A stretch of DNA of 63,806 nt, counting the filler, from Licmophora abbreviata (lineage: Eukaryota): the NCBI GenBank assembly GCA_900291995.1. It is 11 parts of 11 records of this genome, joined end to end, with 100 filler letters (N's around TTAATTAATTAA, not from the genome) between each part and the next. Parts side by side here need not be neighbours in the genome. Positions count along the whole stretch, not along the records: positions 46,098 to 52,216 come from OLMU01004181.1; positions 52,317 to 55,228 come from OLMU01004182.1; positions 55,329 to 62,674 come from OLMU01004183.1; 8 more parts are not named here. One strand, 5' to 3'. The notes beneath the pieces were generated by a model, which was not told the origin of the DNA, searched no databases, and saw nothing but the letters and a program-made list of their open reading frames with translations. Every line of letters begins with the position of its first letter. Position 1 is the first letter of the stretch. The translations under genes and the position numbers were made by a program. Below, in pieces: positions 47,371 through 57,598 of the stretch.

Positions 47371-47760
47371 GACTGCTGCTTCGGTAGGTGTTTTGAACGG
47401 CTTCTTGATTCGATCACTCTGCAACGGGAGACCGGCAGAAGGACTTTCGCACAGTGGTTCTTGCTGGCGTGCGTGGTGTGTGAGAGTGTGAACGTCGAGT
47501 CGAGTCGAAGCGAGATACGACAAAAATCGAACGGCGCGCGCTTTTTCCGAACAAACTCGAACACTCGAACGGGCGATGGTGGGACGGAACTGCACCGAAT
47601 CGGTCTGTACGTCGTGCGGTCCTAGCGAGGGGTCGCGACACGCGCCACATTCAACACATCATCATTGCGACTGACTTGGCTGCCTCGGCGTTTGGTCTAC
47701 TGTTGTAAACAATTGCCTGCGGTGTTGTACTTTGTTACACTCGTCAGAGAAAGGACACTC

Positions 47761-48432
47761 ATGAGAGGTTTCTTATTGTGGGGGGTCTTGCTCGCCCAGG
47801 TCTTAGGACCGGTGTGTGGTTTTGCAAGTCGACGGCCGACCCGACTGTTGTTGGCGCGCGGGAAATCTCGCTTGGCAGCTGCAGCGAAGACGACGCTGAC
47901 AGATGAGACGACGTGGCGACTTCGATTTGTGCTAAAGGGCATCCCGACGAGCAAGGGGAAGAAAGTTGATGACATGTTTGTTGTTGAAGCGAAATTCATA
48001 GAAGATGAGGGGTATGAACCTCCGCAAGGGACTTTGAAACAGACCCTTCGTCAGGGATCGAACGAGGGCGGTCGACAGCTCGAAATCGTAAACAGCAGGT
48101 GGCTGCTTTCCGAGGATCCAGATGATCGGAGAGATGGGCTCTGGGTGTGGGGACTCTTCAAGGAGCCGCTCTACCCTTTCATGCTGCTGCAGCTCGAGAC
48201 GAAACCACTTCCGCTTCCAGGCAAGTCTGACGAGGACGAGTTCGTCAAACCGCTACAGCTATACGCCCAGATTGACCACTCCCGTGACGCAGAAATAGGA
48301 GTATCTCTGGCAGGGGCTACCTTGAAGGTTCGAGAAGTGGAGACTGTCAAAGCAGACGTTTTGGGCGTGGCGTCCGTGGAGGTGTACGAGGAGATCTCCG
48401 TTGGACAATTGAGCATCCAGCCTGTTTCCTAA
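47761..48432 (+). CDS. Hypothetical plastid-targeted protein
   Basis: Signal peptide ending VCG-FAS followed by an Arg-rich transit-like stretch; conserved-looking blocks FIEDEGYEPPQG and WLLSEDPDDRRDGLWVWGLFKEPLYPF. Confidence 0.75.
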   Translation: MRGFLLWGVLLAQVLGPVCGFASRRPTRLLLARGKSRLAAAAKTTLTDETTWRLRFVLKGIPTSKGKKVDDMFVVEAKFIEDEGYEPPQGTLKQTLRQGSNEGGRQLEIVNSRWLLSEDPDDRRDGLWVWGLFKEPLYPFMLLQLETKPLPLPGKSDEDEFVKPLQLYAQIDHSRDAEIGVSLAGATLKVREVETVKADVLGVASVEVYEEISVGQLSIQPVS

Positions 48433-48608
48433 CGCTTCGGCCTGGCATGCACGATCGGCTCAGCAAAGCTAACCGTGACTTTAGCTGGGCACATGCTATC
48501 CTTTTCTGTAGACGTTCGTATAGTCAGTCGACGCTTGCGTGATTGCAACAAGCCAAATATTCGAATGGATACCCAAAACCACCGAGTTCGTTCTGTTCAG
48601 TCGCCTCC

Positions 48609-49159
48609 TCACATCAGGTCAGTGTCGTCATCATCGTCATCGTCCGAATCAAAGGTATATTTCTTTCGCTGAATGCTGATCCTGCTGGACGATGCCATTC
48701 CTTTGCGAGCCTCGAGCTCTTCCAGCATTTCGATGAGACGGCCTTCGTTCACAGGCCCTGGCAGCTTCCCTTGCATGGCCATTGATACTACTAGATTTTC
48801 GACCGCAGAAGCTTTCTCCTGCTTGACCAGCTGCAGAGTTAGGCATTGGTCGTCAAGTGAGTGAGTTCGCAAGGCATGACTCGTCCACGGCAAGCTACGA
48901 TATGCCAGGAGGGTACAGTTCGGCGGTACGACGTGCGAGCAGAGCCGATCGATCCGATACTCACCTTGATTCTCTGCAATCGTTCTAGAGCATCCGCTGT
49001 CAAGGCTTGCTGAAGAACCATCTGCTTCTGCTCGTCCTTGCGCTGACCTTCGGTAGGCTGATCGCTTCCGGCGCCCCCATTGGGAGCGTTCGGGTTTGCC
49101 GCAGTGAATCCATCCGGGAGCTCGTTCGGATCTATCTTTCCCGGTGCGAGTTTGTCCAT
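48609..49159 (-). CDS. PDCD5: PDCD5-like protein; intron ~48832-48964
   Basis: QKQMVLQQALTADALERLQRIK|LVKQEKASAVENLVVSMAMQGKLPGPVNEGRLIEMLE...ISIQRKK..DSDDDD. Confidence 0.9.
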
Positions 49160-49586
49160 TTTTCTTTTTCAAACTTTGTTCGCACGTGATGATTTGGCGG
49201 TATCACGTCTTCCTATGGATTAAAGCAGCACTTCTTGTTAAGAGGCCTCGGCAGTGGTGATCCTGCTTGCCGCTGTTCCACATCATCAGCGACGAAACCC
49301 GTCATTGTGGAAAATACAGCTCGCTGACTTCTTTGTCATTTCTTGCAGGAGCAGGGCGGTGGACAGCCAGACTGTGATTTTTGCAATGAACAATGAATGG
49401 AAGTCTATGCCGGGACTACGCGTAGACGATATAACTGAAGTTAGTCTATATCGTTTCTTTCATCGACACCGTGATTATCACCGTCATACTGTGAAGATAA
49501 TAGTGTCTACCGCAGCCAGGAGGAACTGACTACTAGTAGTTAAAGCACGACAGCGTGCGATTCATCTCATACAAAAACTACGATTC

Positions 49587-51260
49587 CTACTCAGTCTTAG
49601 TGCCAGGAGTTCCTCGCTCATGGATCATCTTCCTCACCCGAACATACCCTCCGTCTTTGAGATATACTTTCTTCTGCATCCGACCTGACTTGTCAGGCTC
49701 ACCGTCTCCATCCAACGTATCGAAGGCCAAACGAGCATGACGGGGTGATGAAAATGTAACCAAAGTCTTGCCATTTTCTCCGGAAAATTCAAGGTCAGCA
49801 ATCTCTTTCGGGTTCACAAACGTGTGGGAAAGGAACATGCTCGACAGATGCGCTCCCTGGCATTTCTTGGGGATGCGATGGACAAAGAGCTGGCTAGAAG
49901 CCAGTGGATTACGAATCGGGCGCTCTGATCGCTCGATCGGTTCCACTTCGCCATCTTTCTCAAGATACACCTCCAAACAAGAGAGAGCCGTTCGAGCATC
50001 GTTCACAGAGTCGTGCGTTTCTGGCATGGCCTTCTGCATGACAGACTTGGCCAGATCCTTCAGGCTTGGCGCTCCTGTGGAAGAGTCCTTCACGTGGAAC
50101 AACAGAGACGAGTCGACGTTGCAGTGGTGTTCCATCTTCAAGGCGACGAGGTCGTTCTGCAGTGCATGCCCAAGGATCACTGTCTCTTCACTGCAGAGTG
50201 CCAACATGAATGCCTGCGCGTGACGCAGAGTGAACTGGACATTCTCGAGGTGCTCGGCCCGAATACCATTGATGCGAGATCGATGATCCACAACTGGCCA
50301 AGCAGGTTTCACCAAGCTGTCAAGGAGCACTTCGCTCGGGTTCTCTGCGTTCACCACAGAAAGGCGACACAAAGCCTTGCCGGCTGTGGTTCCTGTAACA
50401 GGATCCTGAGTCTCACACATTTCGCAGTCAATCGCAATGGCTTGGGGGTTCGACGCGCACCAGTCGCCCCAAGGACGACACTTGATCCAATCGGAAGAAC
50501 TTCCGCGTCCAGATTCTTCATCCGATTCAATCGATTTCTCGAAGTTAAAGGATCCGGCGTAACGAGGGTGTTCTCGGGTTTTGAGGACAGCCGCATGCCA
50601 CTTGCGGCCGGTCGGTGTAGACACAGGGAGTGGAAGCGATGGTACTTCACCAGCCGGCGGCGTCGCAGCAGTTGCAGGTTCAGCATGAACGGCAGGGACT
50701 GGATTAGGCTGTCCGAGAACTGTGAATGAGGCGATCGGGAGGCTCAAGCTTCGAAAGTCTGGAGCGTCGGTCGCCTTCTTTATCACTTTAGTATGCTTCA
50801 GTTTTCTGTCGTCGGCCTTGCGCTGAGACGGCGTTTGTACCGACGGACTAGCTAACTTCTTCGTAGCTGGTGACTTCTGCTTCTTGCTAGTCTCTTGCTC
50901 CGTCTTGGCCTTGGTGCTCTTGGGTTTGGCAAAAATATCACCCGTCGCGGCATCCCTTGTGGCCTTACGTTTCTTTGTTTTCTTTCCCTGTTCCGAGCTT
51001 GCGGGTTGCTTGGGATATGATGAAGCGGGAATCACGTTCGAACCTTCGTTGACATCAGCTTCACTCTCAGAGCTGACCACCGAGGATTCACTACTAGCGA
51101 GTCTCGGTGCGGAATCGTCTGTCCCGACCCCACCGGGCGCGACGTGGAGAAACTTGCAGTTGTCACCGTTGCGACATCCTCCTTCAGACGAAAAGAACGC
51201 ACACGGGGATCGCCCGCTCGTCGCTGCAAACAGTCTGTATTTCTTCCCGGTGGATGACAT
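49587..51260 (-). CDS. DEDDh RNA exonuclease (REX1/REXO-like) with an N-terminal CCCH zinc finger
   Basis: CAFFSSEGGCRNGDNCKFLH; AIDCEMC, LVKP, ILGHALQNDL, PSLKDLA, HDSVNDA; C-terminal RRM-like segment. Confidence 0.92.
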   Translation of the reverse strand: MSSTGKKYRLFAATSGRSPCAFFSSEGGCRNGDNCKFLHVAPGGVGTDDSAPRLASSESSVVSSESEADVNEGSNVIPASSYPKQPASSEQGKKTKKRKATRDAATGDIFAKPKSTKAKTEQETSKKQKSPATKKLASPSVQTPSQRKADDRKLKHTKVIKKATDAPDFRSLSLPIASFTVLGQPNPVPAVHAEPATAATPPAGEVPSLPLPVSTPTGRKWHAAVLKTREHPRYAGSFNFEKSIESDEESGRGSSSDWIKCRPWGDWCASNPQAIAIDCEMCETQDPVTGTTAGKALCRLSVVNAENPSEVLLDSLVKPAWPVVDHRSRINGIRAEHLENVQFTLRHAQAFMLALCSEETVILGHALQNDLVALKMEHHCNVDSSLLFHVKDSSTGAPSLKDLAKSVMQKAMPETHDSVNDARTALSCLEVYLEKDGEVEPIERSERPIRNPLASSQLFVHRIPKKCQGAHLSSMFLSHTFVNPKEIADLEFSGENGKTLVTFSSPRHARLAFDTLDGDGEPDKSGRMQKKVYLKDGGYVRVRKMIHERGTPGTKTE

Positions 51261-51766
51261 CAATGCAATGCCGTTGATGTAGTCAACTAGTTTATTGTTA
51301 CGATTGTGAGAGCTGTGGTCTGTGATGAGGCTAAGTGATTGATGGTCGTCTCACGCACACAGTTCCGTCGCAGGTCGCAGGTAGTGAATACTCGTACACA
51401 GATGTCGTCGAAATTGGTCAGAGATGAATGGCTTCAATCGCAATAGGTACTGAGCCGTAGTCCCGATGGAGGGCGGTTGGCACCGCTTTTCTCTTTCGTC
51501 ATGACGGTCCGGCGTACAGACACTGCGACGGCACTTCGTTAGAAGTGCAGGTCGCACAGGCTAACAAGTCTAGTCTTTGCTGTTGGGAGACTAGGCTTTA
51601 CTAGCGCTGGTGAATGCCTCTCCCCTAGAACCCAAGCTGGTCAGCAGAGCCGCCAGCGCCACGCCTGAATTGGGCCGGTGGGTGGGTTTCGGCTGGAGGG
51701 CCCGTGGAGCGAGCTTGATCTTGAGGGACATCGGCGTTGGGGCGGGTGTAGGACAAAGTTGCCTCC

Positions 51767-52216
51767 TCAAAGCATGTCTGAGGCAAAACTGTGCATGATA
51801 GGCTCCACTTGAAGGTGGAGAAATCCTAACATTTCTTCAAAGCCCCACCTGCACAAGAGTTGTATAATGTCCCTGTCAACATTGGCATACACGAGTGCCA
51901 TGGCTCCGGATCTTTGAGGGCCAAGGGTCAGGACGGCGGTGCGGAGCAATTGAGTAATGTCTGCAGGGGAAATGTGCCCCCACTGACCATTTTCAGAATA
52001 AACTGCCAAGGGAACAGAGGTGTTTGACTAGCTAGGGTCACAATGGCTTGGACTGGGCAAAGCAAGGGGTTGCCCGATACGCCAAGGCCCGATGACTTCC
52101 CCACGGACTTTGTTTTTCTGTGAAACGAATCTGGCTGTGTCTTATTGCGCTTTTGTGGCCTGGAAGATATCCAAGTAGGCGCCTGAGGATGACAGATGTA
52201 AGTCCGTCAAACGCAC
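51767..52216 (-). pseudogene. Degenerate tyrosine recombinase (DIRS/Ngaro-like or Crypton-like element), C-terminal part
   Basis: QKNKVRGEVIG, frameshift to LGVSGNPLLCPVQAI, ISPADITQLLR, GAMAL..ANVDRDIIQLLCRWGFEEMLGFLHLQ; contains stops, frameshifts and deletions. Confidence 0.8.
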
Positions 52217-52316
52217 NNNNNNNNNNNNNNNNNNNNNNNNNNNNNNNNNNNNNNNNNNNNTTAATTAATTAANNNNNNNNNNNNNNNNNNNNNNNNNNNN
52301 NNNNNNNNNNNNNNNN
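52217..52316. other. Artificial scaffold spacer
   Basis: N-linker-N. Confidence 0.99.
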
Positions 52317-52520
52317 CTGAGGGGGTAGCCAGCAGTGTATTTGCGGGGGCGGAGACAACAAGACACAGCCAGACCCACTGATCCAGCCCTCTAAGAGGCA
52401 GCCGAAAGAAACAACCAAGATGCCGTCCATCAAGGACAAGGAAGGAAGCACGACACAAGCCAGCAGGCCAACAGTGGAAGTAGGCCGCAATGACAAAATC
52501 GACAAGTCCGCAGATGCGAT

Positions 52521-52557
52521 ATTTTGAGATTTGAGATTTGAGATTTTGAGATTTGAG
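52521..52557. repeat. (TTTGAGA)n-like microsatellite, about 5 units
   Basis: attttgagatttgagatttgagattttgagatttgag. Confidence 0.85.
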
Positions 52558-52828
52558 CAGCCAGGGTCATTGCTGAATGGTCATTCCCCTAAGTGTTGGC
52601 TACTTATGCGGATCATGCCCTATAAATTTTCAAGCTGTGACTGATGCACGTGAGCCACGATCAAACTCAAACAACATCCATACCTCTTTCAGTAGGATTC
52701 AATGTGAGTTCAAATTTACTCCATACAGACACAGCCAAGATGAAGAGTTCATTGCAATTTGATTCGAGTTTGATTTGAACTCAAATTCAAACCTCATCAC
52801 CATGGACAAGCAACACCCCAGCACGTCA

Positions 52829-52937
52829 CTCTGCCATGGCACATCGCCCTCCTTCTTTGCCACCCCCGTTCGTCATGTCCAGCTGCTCTGCCGTGGCACA
52901 TTGCCCTACTTCGCCACCCCCATTAGTCATGTCAAGC
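52829..52937. repeat. Two-copy ~55-nt tandem duplication
   Basis: ctctgccatggcacatcgccct...cgtcatgtccagc (52829-52883) versus ctctgccgtggcacattgccct...agtcatgtcaagc (52886-52937). Confidence 0.85.
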
Positions 52938-53850
52938 CCCCGACGTTCGCCGCCGGTACTCCCATGTTTGGTGATCCCTTCGGAACTCCAATTTTCCACA
53001 TGGGCTCACCGACCTTTGCCCCTCGGTCTTCATATGACCGTCATTGTTTCTCTGACCTCATTCAGGGTGGCAAGAAATTGGCCTAATGGGGAGGAACCGA
53101 AGTCGTTCCTCGAGGATGAGTATTTGTTGACTTCAATCGCGAGCTTGATCGAGAAAGGCAATGGCGAGTTGAACATTGATGCCATGAACATGCAGGCAAT
53201 AGATACAGGATTGCTCTTCGACGCCCTTAGTCGCAAACCGTTGGACAGCAAGTTATGTCAGTTTCATGGAGGCCTCTTCCAAAGCAATGCAAAAGTGCTC
53301 GTGCAGAAGAGCAAGAAGCTCCTGGAGATGCAGGTGGAGAGCTGGAGAATTGAAAGCAAGGATTTGGAGGAAGAAGAGAATGCCTTAGAAGAGACGTTCG
53401 AGACCGCAAGCAGAATGAAGTCAGAAGATTGCCTACACTGTGAAGGTGAATTTCAAAGAGAAAATGGCCAGCAAGCAGTACAAGCAAAAATTGTTCCTTG
53501 CTACGGGGTTTTTGGCTTGTGCGAGCCACAAGATGCTAGTTGCTCCAGCAAACTTGCGTCCTTACGGGTCTGGTGTGAACCCAGATACGGGTGCCCTTGA
53601 TGCAGGCCAAATGGTCAGGACCATCAATGATATCCGTGCCGCTGTGAAACTTCTTGAGACACGTGCAAGTACTTGGCAGTGCTCGCGTGCGCCAGCAGCC
53701 GTCAGCTCGCCTACCCTTGATGCCACAAGACGACGGCAGGATGACAAGACAGGCCCACGGAAACAACAAGCAAACAAACAAAGTCCGTCCATCAAGTCAC
53801 CCAGGAATCAATCACCGAATCTGATTTCCGCATCCACTGTGCATGACTGA
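52836..53850 (+). pseudogene. Degraded ORF(s) of unknown function within the element-rich contig
   Basis: Overlapping 254-aa and 136-aa ORFs in different frames with protein-like central stretches; no family recognised. Confidence 0.35.
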
Positions 53851-53973
53851 GAAAGTACACCCCAGTCAAAATCAAAGGACCCCTAACCCTAACCCCTATC
53901 TTATGCTAGCTAGCAATCTCTATAGTCTAGAAGATTCATGAATTGAAGAGGAAGCTAATAGATTCAAAACTAA

Positions 53974-54759
53974 TCAAGGCTGAGGAGTGGCCGCCCAGTG
54001 CCATGTTCCCACCTCTGGATTGGCGGGATCTCCAAGCTCAAGACTGCTATCACCTTTCAATAGCTCACACTGAGTGCTAGTCAAGTCACATATATCCCAT
54101 TCTTGGTCATTGTAAAACACAGTCAGCTTGACTTTGAGATTGCGCCTCCCAAGTGCATGGAGTTGCAGCGCCAGTAGATCTGTGCTATTGGAGCTGCACA
54201 CACAGTAGAGAGGACGGTCAATCGGAAGATGAGCATTGGGGAGCCGGGGTAGTAGCAAACAAAAGTCCAAGATATGGGGTGGTAGCCGGCCAAAGTTCTG
54301 CTCCTGTAACATGGCTTGGGTGAGGAAGGCCGAGGGAACAATAATGTTCACCATACGGCGTGCTCTTCCGAGAGAGGCGGCCTGGTGCGTGTAAGCGAGA
54401 GCAGTCGATGCCACAGTCCATGACTCCTCCAAGTGGTCTTCAAACTCATTCCATAAGCATGTACTCATCACAGCAAGCCAATAACTGAGAATCCCGCCAT
54501 TTGAAACATTCACAAACAGCAACTTGTCCCCCTGATTGGAAATGAAAGCCCACATTTCCTGGAGCACCGCAATCACGAACGCAAGAGGCTCTCCGTCATT
54601 CGATGACAAACGCTTGGGACAAAAGCATGGGACCGGCATTTCAAGAAAACGGAGCAGGACCAAAGAAGCCAGGAGTCCATTGCAGATCAGGAATTTGCTT
54701 GGTGCGTGCCAAAAACATCTACATTCGGAAACACAGGATCTCCCGCGACTTCCAGGCAC
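53974..54759 (-). CDS. Hypothetical ORF (261 aa) within the element-rich contig
   Basis: Long ORF convergent on the previous one; no motif recognised. Confidence 0.35.
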   Translation of the reverse strand: MPGSRGRSCVSECRCFWHAPSKFLICNGLLASLVLLRFLEMPVPCFCPKRLSSNDGEPLAFVIAVLQEMWAFISNQGDKLLFVNVSNGGILSYWLAVMSTCLWNEFEDHLEESWTVASTALAYTHQAASLGRARRMVNIIVPSAFLTQAMLQEQNFGRLPPHILDFCLLLPRLPNAHLPIDRPLYCVCSSNSTDLLALQLHALGRRNLKVKLTVFYNDQEWDICDLTSTQCELLKGDSSLELGDPANPEVGTWHWAATPQP

Positions 54760-55034
54760 GGATTGATCAGCTCAGAGATGGAAAATCGAATCGTGTTTGA
54801 GTCACAGCTCCATCCGCCCTAATCCTGTGCAATCCATAGCGCCTTGACATAAGATACTCCTCAAAAAATGGCCTTACATACGTCTGCATCCACGCATGCT
54901 GTAGGAGCTAAAGTATGCTTGCGGGTACCGGGCTCTGATGAATAGCGAGCTCATCTCTGCATCAAGGGGCTCAATCCTTGCAATGACAAAGACTGTGAAG
55001 GGAAGAAAACTCGCGTGAGGCCAGATACTTCTTG

Positions 55035-55196
55035 ATCCAAGGTGATCATGTCAGACATGGCTTTGGTACTGCTATGGGGTGACTGGGAGGCTGCCTGCAT
55101 GATCCAATGGAGAAGGGTTATGGGGACCGGTTTGACGGGGTCAGGTGGTGGATCCTTGGTGTATCTGAGGAACCGATATGGAGTGGACGTCACCAT
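55035..55196 (-). pseudogene. Second tyrosine recombinase fragment (region upstream of the first catalytic Arg)
   Basis: YTKDPPPDPVKPVPITLLHWIMQAA...TKAMSDMITL resembles the DPPP.RVKPVP...ADMI segment of YR-retroelement recombinases (recalled pattern, not searched). Confidence 0.6.
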
Positions 55197-55228
55197 CCCT
55201 CACGTTCTGTCATGCATATTGTTTGTAA

Positions 55229-55328
55229 NNNNNNNNNNNNNNNNNNNNNNNNNNNNNNNNNNNNNNNNNNNNTTAATTAATTAANNNNNNNNNNNNNNNN
55301 NNNNNNNNNNNNNNNNNNNNNNNNNNNN
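55229..55328. other. Artificial scaffold spacer
   Basis: N-linker-N. Confidence 0.99.
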
Positions 55329-55584
55329 ATTTTTTCGAAAGAAAAGTCATCGCGTCCGGCGCCTACACAACGAGACGGTTGAGCTCTTCCAGAAGGGAGA
55401 TGTTCGGAACTCGCGCCCGTTCAAATTCCTACTGAAGTCCTACATACGAGAAATACGTGGATTCTGGTACATTGCAAGTCAGCCCGCAGGTACATGCAAT
55501 GTGCCCCCCTCTGACAACCATCCAAATTTCAGAACAAAATATTTCAACTTGCCTCTCGCAACCGCGAAGTAAACTTCTTGTTCA

Positions 55585-57264
55585 ATGGCAGCCACCACCA
55601 TGACGACCCTCACGTCCACCTGTGGGAATCTATCCGCCCTCGCAGACACCTCTACTCCTCATACAGCTCGACTGACAATTCCGCTGTACGCGGTCGACAC
55701 GTCGAACTTGCAGTCGACCCTCACGTGTTCTTTGAAAGACACTGGCAGCGACGATGTTTCGGTAGTGAAGTTGACGCTGCCCACACCAGACTATTGCTGC
55801 GCCTTGCTCTCCAACAACAGTATCGTCGTTTGGAGTATAGTTCGAGGTGTCGTGGTGAGCACTTGGAAGGGGGGTGACCTAAAAGCGGAGTTTTGGGATA
55901 TCAATGCTGTCACAAGATCCGACATGTCGTCGTCGTTGCTACACGTCTTGGTCAAGCCGTCGTCCAAAGACAAGTTGTATGTCTACGAATACAATCTAGA
56001 GACAACCAAGTGTGTCCGAAAGATAAAATGTGGTAGCGCTGGTGGTAGCCATGGACAGCTGGCTGTGACCCACAACCACATCGTGCTACGCGCCGACAAT
56101 ACCATCAAGATTCTCCGTCTCGATGATGGTTCCAAAGTGGGAAAGATCAAACTCAAGCGAGCGAGTAGCATTGACGGTACTACTATCCCACTGCTGGCGA
56201 CCTGTAGCGATGGAACGTTACTAGTCACGATGACCCCCTCTGGTGTCGTTGTGTATGAGTTGGAAACGCAGCGTCGCCTTGCCACCATTGATGCGGCTAC
56301 CGACAGTATCGAACAGCTGTCCCTTTGGAAAGACGACGATACCGCTACTTCGGCGATGGTGGTGATTCGCTCTTCTTCCACAGAAACTGCACACATGTTC
56401 GAGCTTTCTTTGGACGACGCCGCTACGACAGTGTCGACACCGGCATGCCGCGTCGACACGGATGACGATTCGGAACTGCTATCTCTGCAGCCAACATCAA
56501 GTACCGAACTCCGTGTCATTCTTCGTCGTCGTGGGGGCGTTCAGTTTCGATCAGCAGTGTATCGTTTGGAGGGGGGCAGTGTGCTTGGCACGGTCATGTT
56601 GGGCAAGGAGGCAGAGAAAGAGGCGATTGAAGATGCCTCTACTCCATCCACCAATAAGCGTTCCATTGCGACAACACTTGGTCCTGGACAAGCAGGGGGC
56701 GAAGCTATGCAAGTACAGGATCAGGCCCACGCGGCGAAGAAACGTCGCAAGACTGACGATGAGGATGCAGCTATGGAAGAAATCTTGGAAATAGAACTGA
56801 CTATCGCCGAGCGACTGCAGAAGATGCGAGAGGCAATGGAGCAAGAAGAATCGGATGATGACGAGGAACCTTTACCGAAAGTTCCCACGTTTGCTCCCAA
56901 ATCGGCCACCACAGAATCACTGTCGCATTTGCTGCGTCAAGCGTTGCAGAGTGGGGACGATAGCATGCTCGAGATCGCCTTGGCCGTCCGCGACGAACGC
57001 ATCCTTCAAAGCTCCTTTCAAGAGCTTGAAGCCTCCCACGTCGAGCGACTCTTGCTGTTGTTGACTACGCGACTTGCTTCCAAACCGAATCGTGCGAGTG
57101 ATTTGTGTGTATGGATCCGAGGAATCCTGCAGAGTGGCAAACTACAAAACTCAACAGCTTCTTCCCTACGGCCACTGAGGAATCTACTCCAAGAGAGGGT
57201 TGAGAGCTTTCCACACTTGTTGCGACTAGAGGGACGACTGAGCATGCTAGGTGGAGCGTCGTAA
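55585..57264 (+). CDS. UTP5: UTP5/WDR43-like SSU processome protein (beta-propeller + Utp12 domain)
   Basis: Beta-rich N-terminus; SLSHLLRQALQSGDDSMLEIAL, RLASKPNRASDLCVWIRGIL, LLRLEGRLSML. Confidence 0.85.
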   Translation: MAATTMTTLTSTCGNLSALADTSTPHTARLTIPLYAVDTSNLQSTLTCSLKDTGSDDVSVVKLTLPTPDYCCALLSNNSIVVWSIVRGVVVSTWKGGDLKAEFWDINAVTRSDMSSSLLHVLVKPSSKDKLYVYEYNLETTKCVRKIKCGSAGGSHGQLAVTHNHIVLRADNTIKILRLDDGSKVGKIKLKRASSIDGTTIPLLATCSDGTLLVTMTPSGVVVYELETQRRLATIDAATDSIEQLSLWKDDDTATSAMVVIRSSSTETAHMFELSLDDAATTVSTPACRVDTDDDSELLSLQPTSSTELRVILRRRGGVQFRSAVYRLEGGSVLGTVMLGKEAEKEAIEDASTPSTNKRSIATTLGPGQAGGEAMQVQDQAHAAKKRRKTDDEDAAMEEILEIELTIAERLQKMREAMEQEESDDDEEPLPKVPTFAPKSATTESLSHLLRQALQSGDDSMLEIALAVRDERILQSSFQELEASHVERLLLLLTTRLASKPNRASDLCVWIRGILQSGKLQNSTASSLRPLRNLLQERVESFPHLLRLEGRLSMLGGAS

Positions 57265-57598
57265 GTCGTCAGATGGATTAAAGTATCATAGCTTGTTAGT
57301 AAATACCAGCTTTGTCGCTTCTTCTGCTTTCTCGTGTGTCGCATCTTCGTTTATTTTCAAACTACAGTATGATACAACGTTCCGTTCGTCGCTGAGTGCC
57401 GACGTAGATAGTCAACTTCCTAAAGCCACAAAGCTACTTTCTCCTCGTATCATATGCGCGAGCTTTCCTTGTCGGAAAGCTCGAGACAAGAGTTGATTTC
57501 TCGAATTCGCAAAATTCTTGCCACAACATTCGAACATTGCTCCCTAGCCCCACCATCGTCGGCGACGACGGGCGCTGATCTCCTCCCGCTCCAACAAG

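Noticed and set aside
53881..53896. CCCTAACCCTAACCCC as a telomere or telomerase RNA template
   Set aside because: Only about 2.5 units, internal, in decayed repeat-rich DNA, with no supporting promoter or structure seen.
44302..55228. Functional link between DDM1 and the nearby transposon remnants
   Set aside because: DDM1 acts genome-wide in trans; the proximity is most likely chance.
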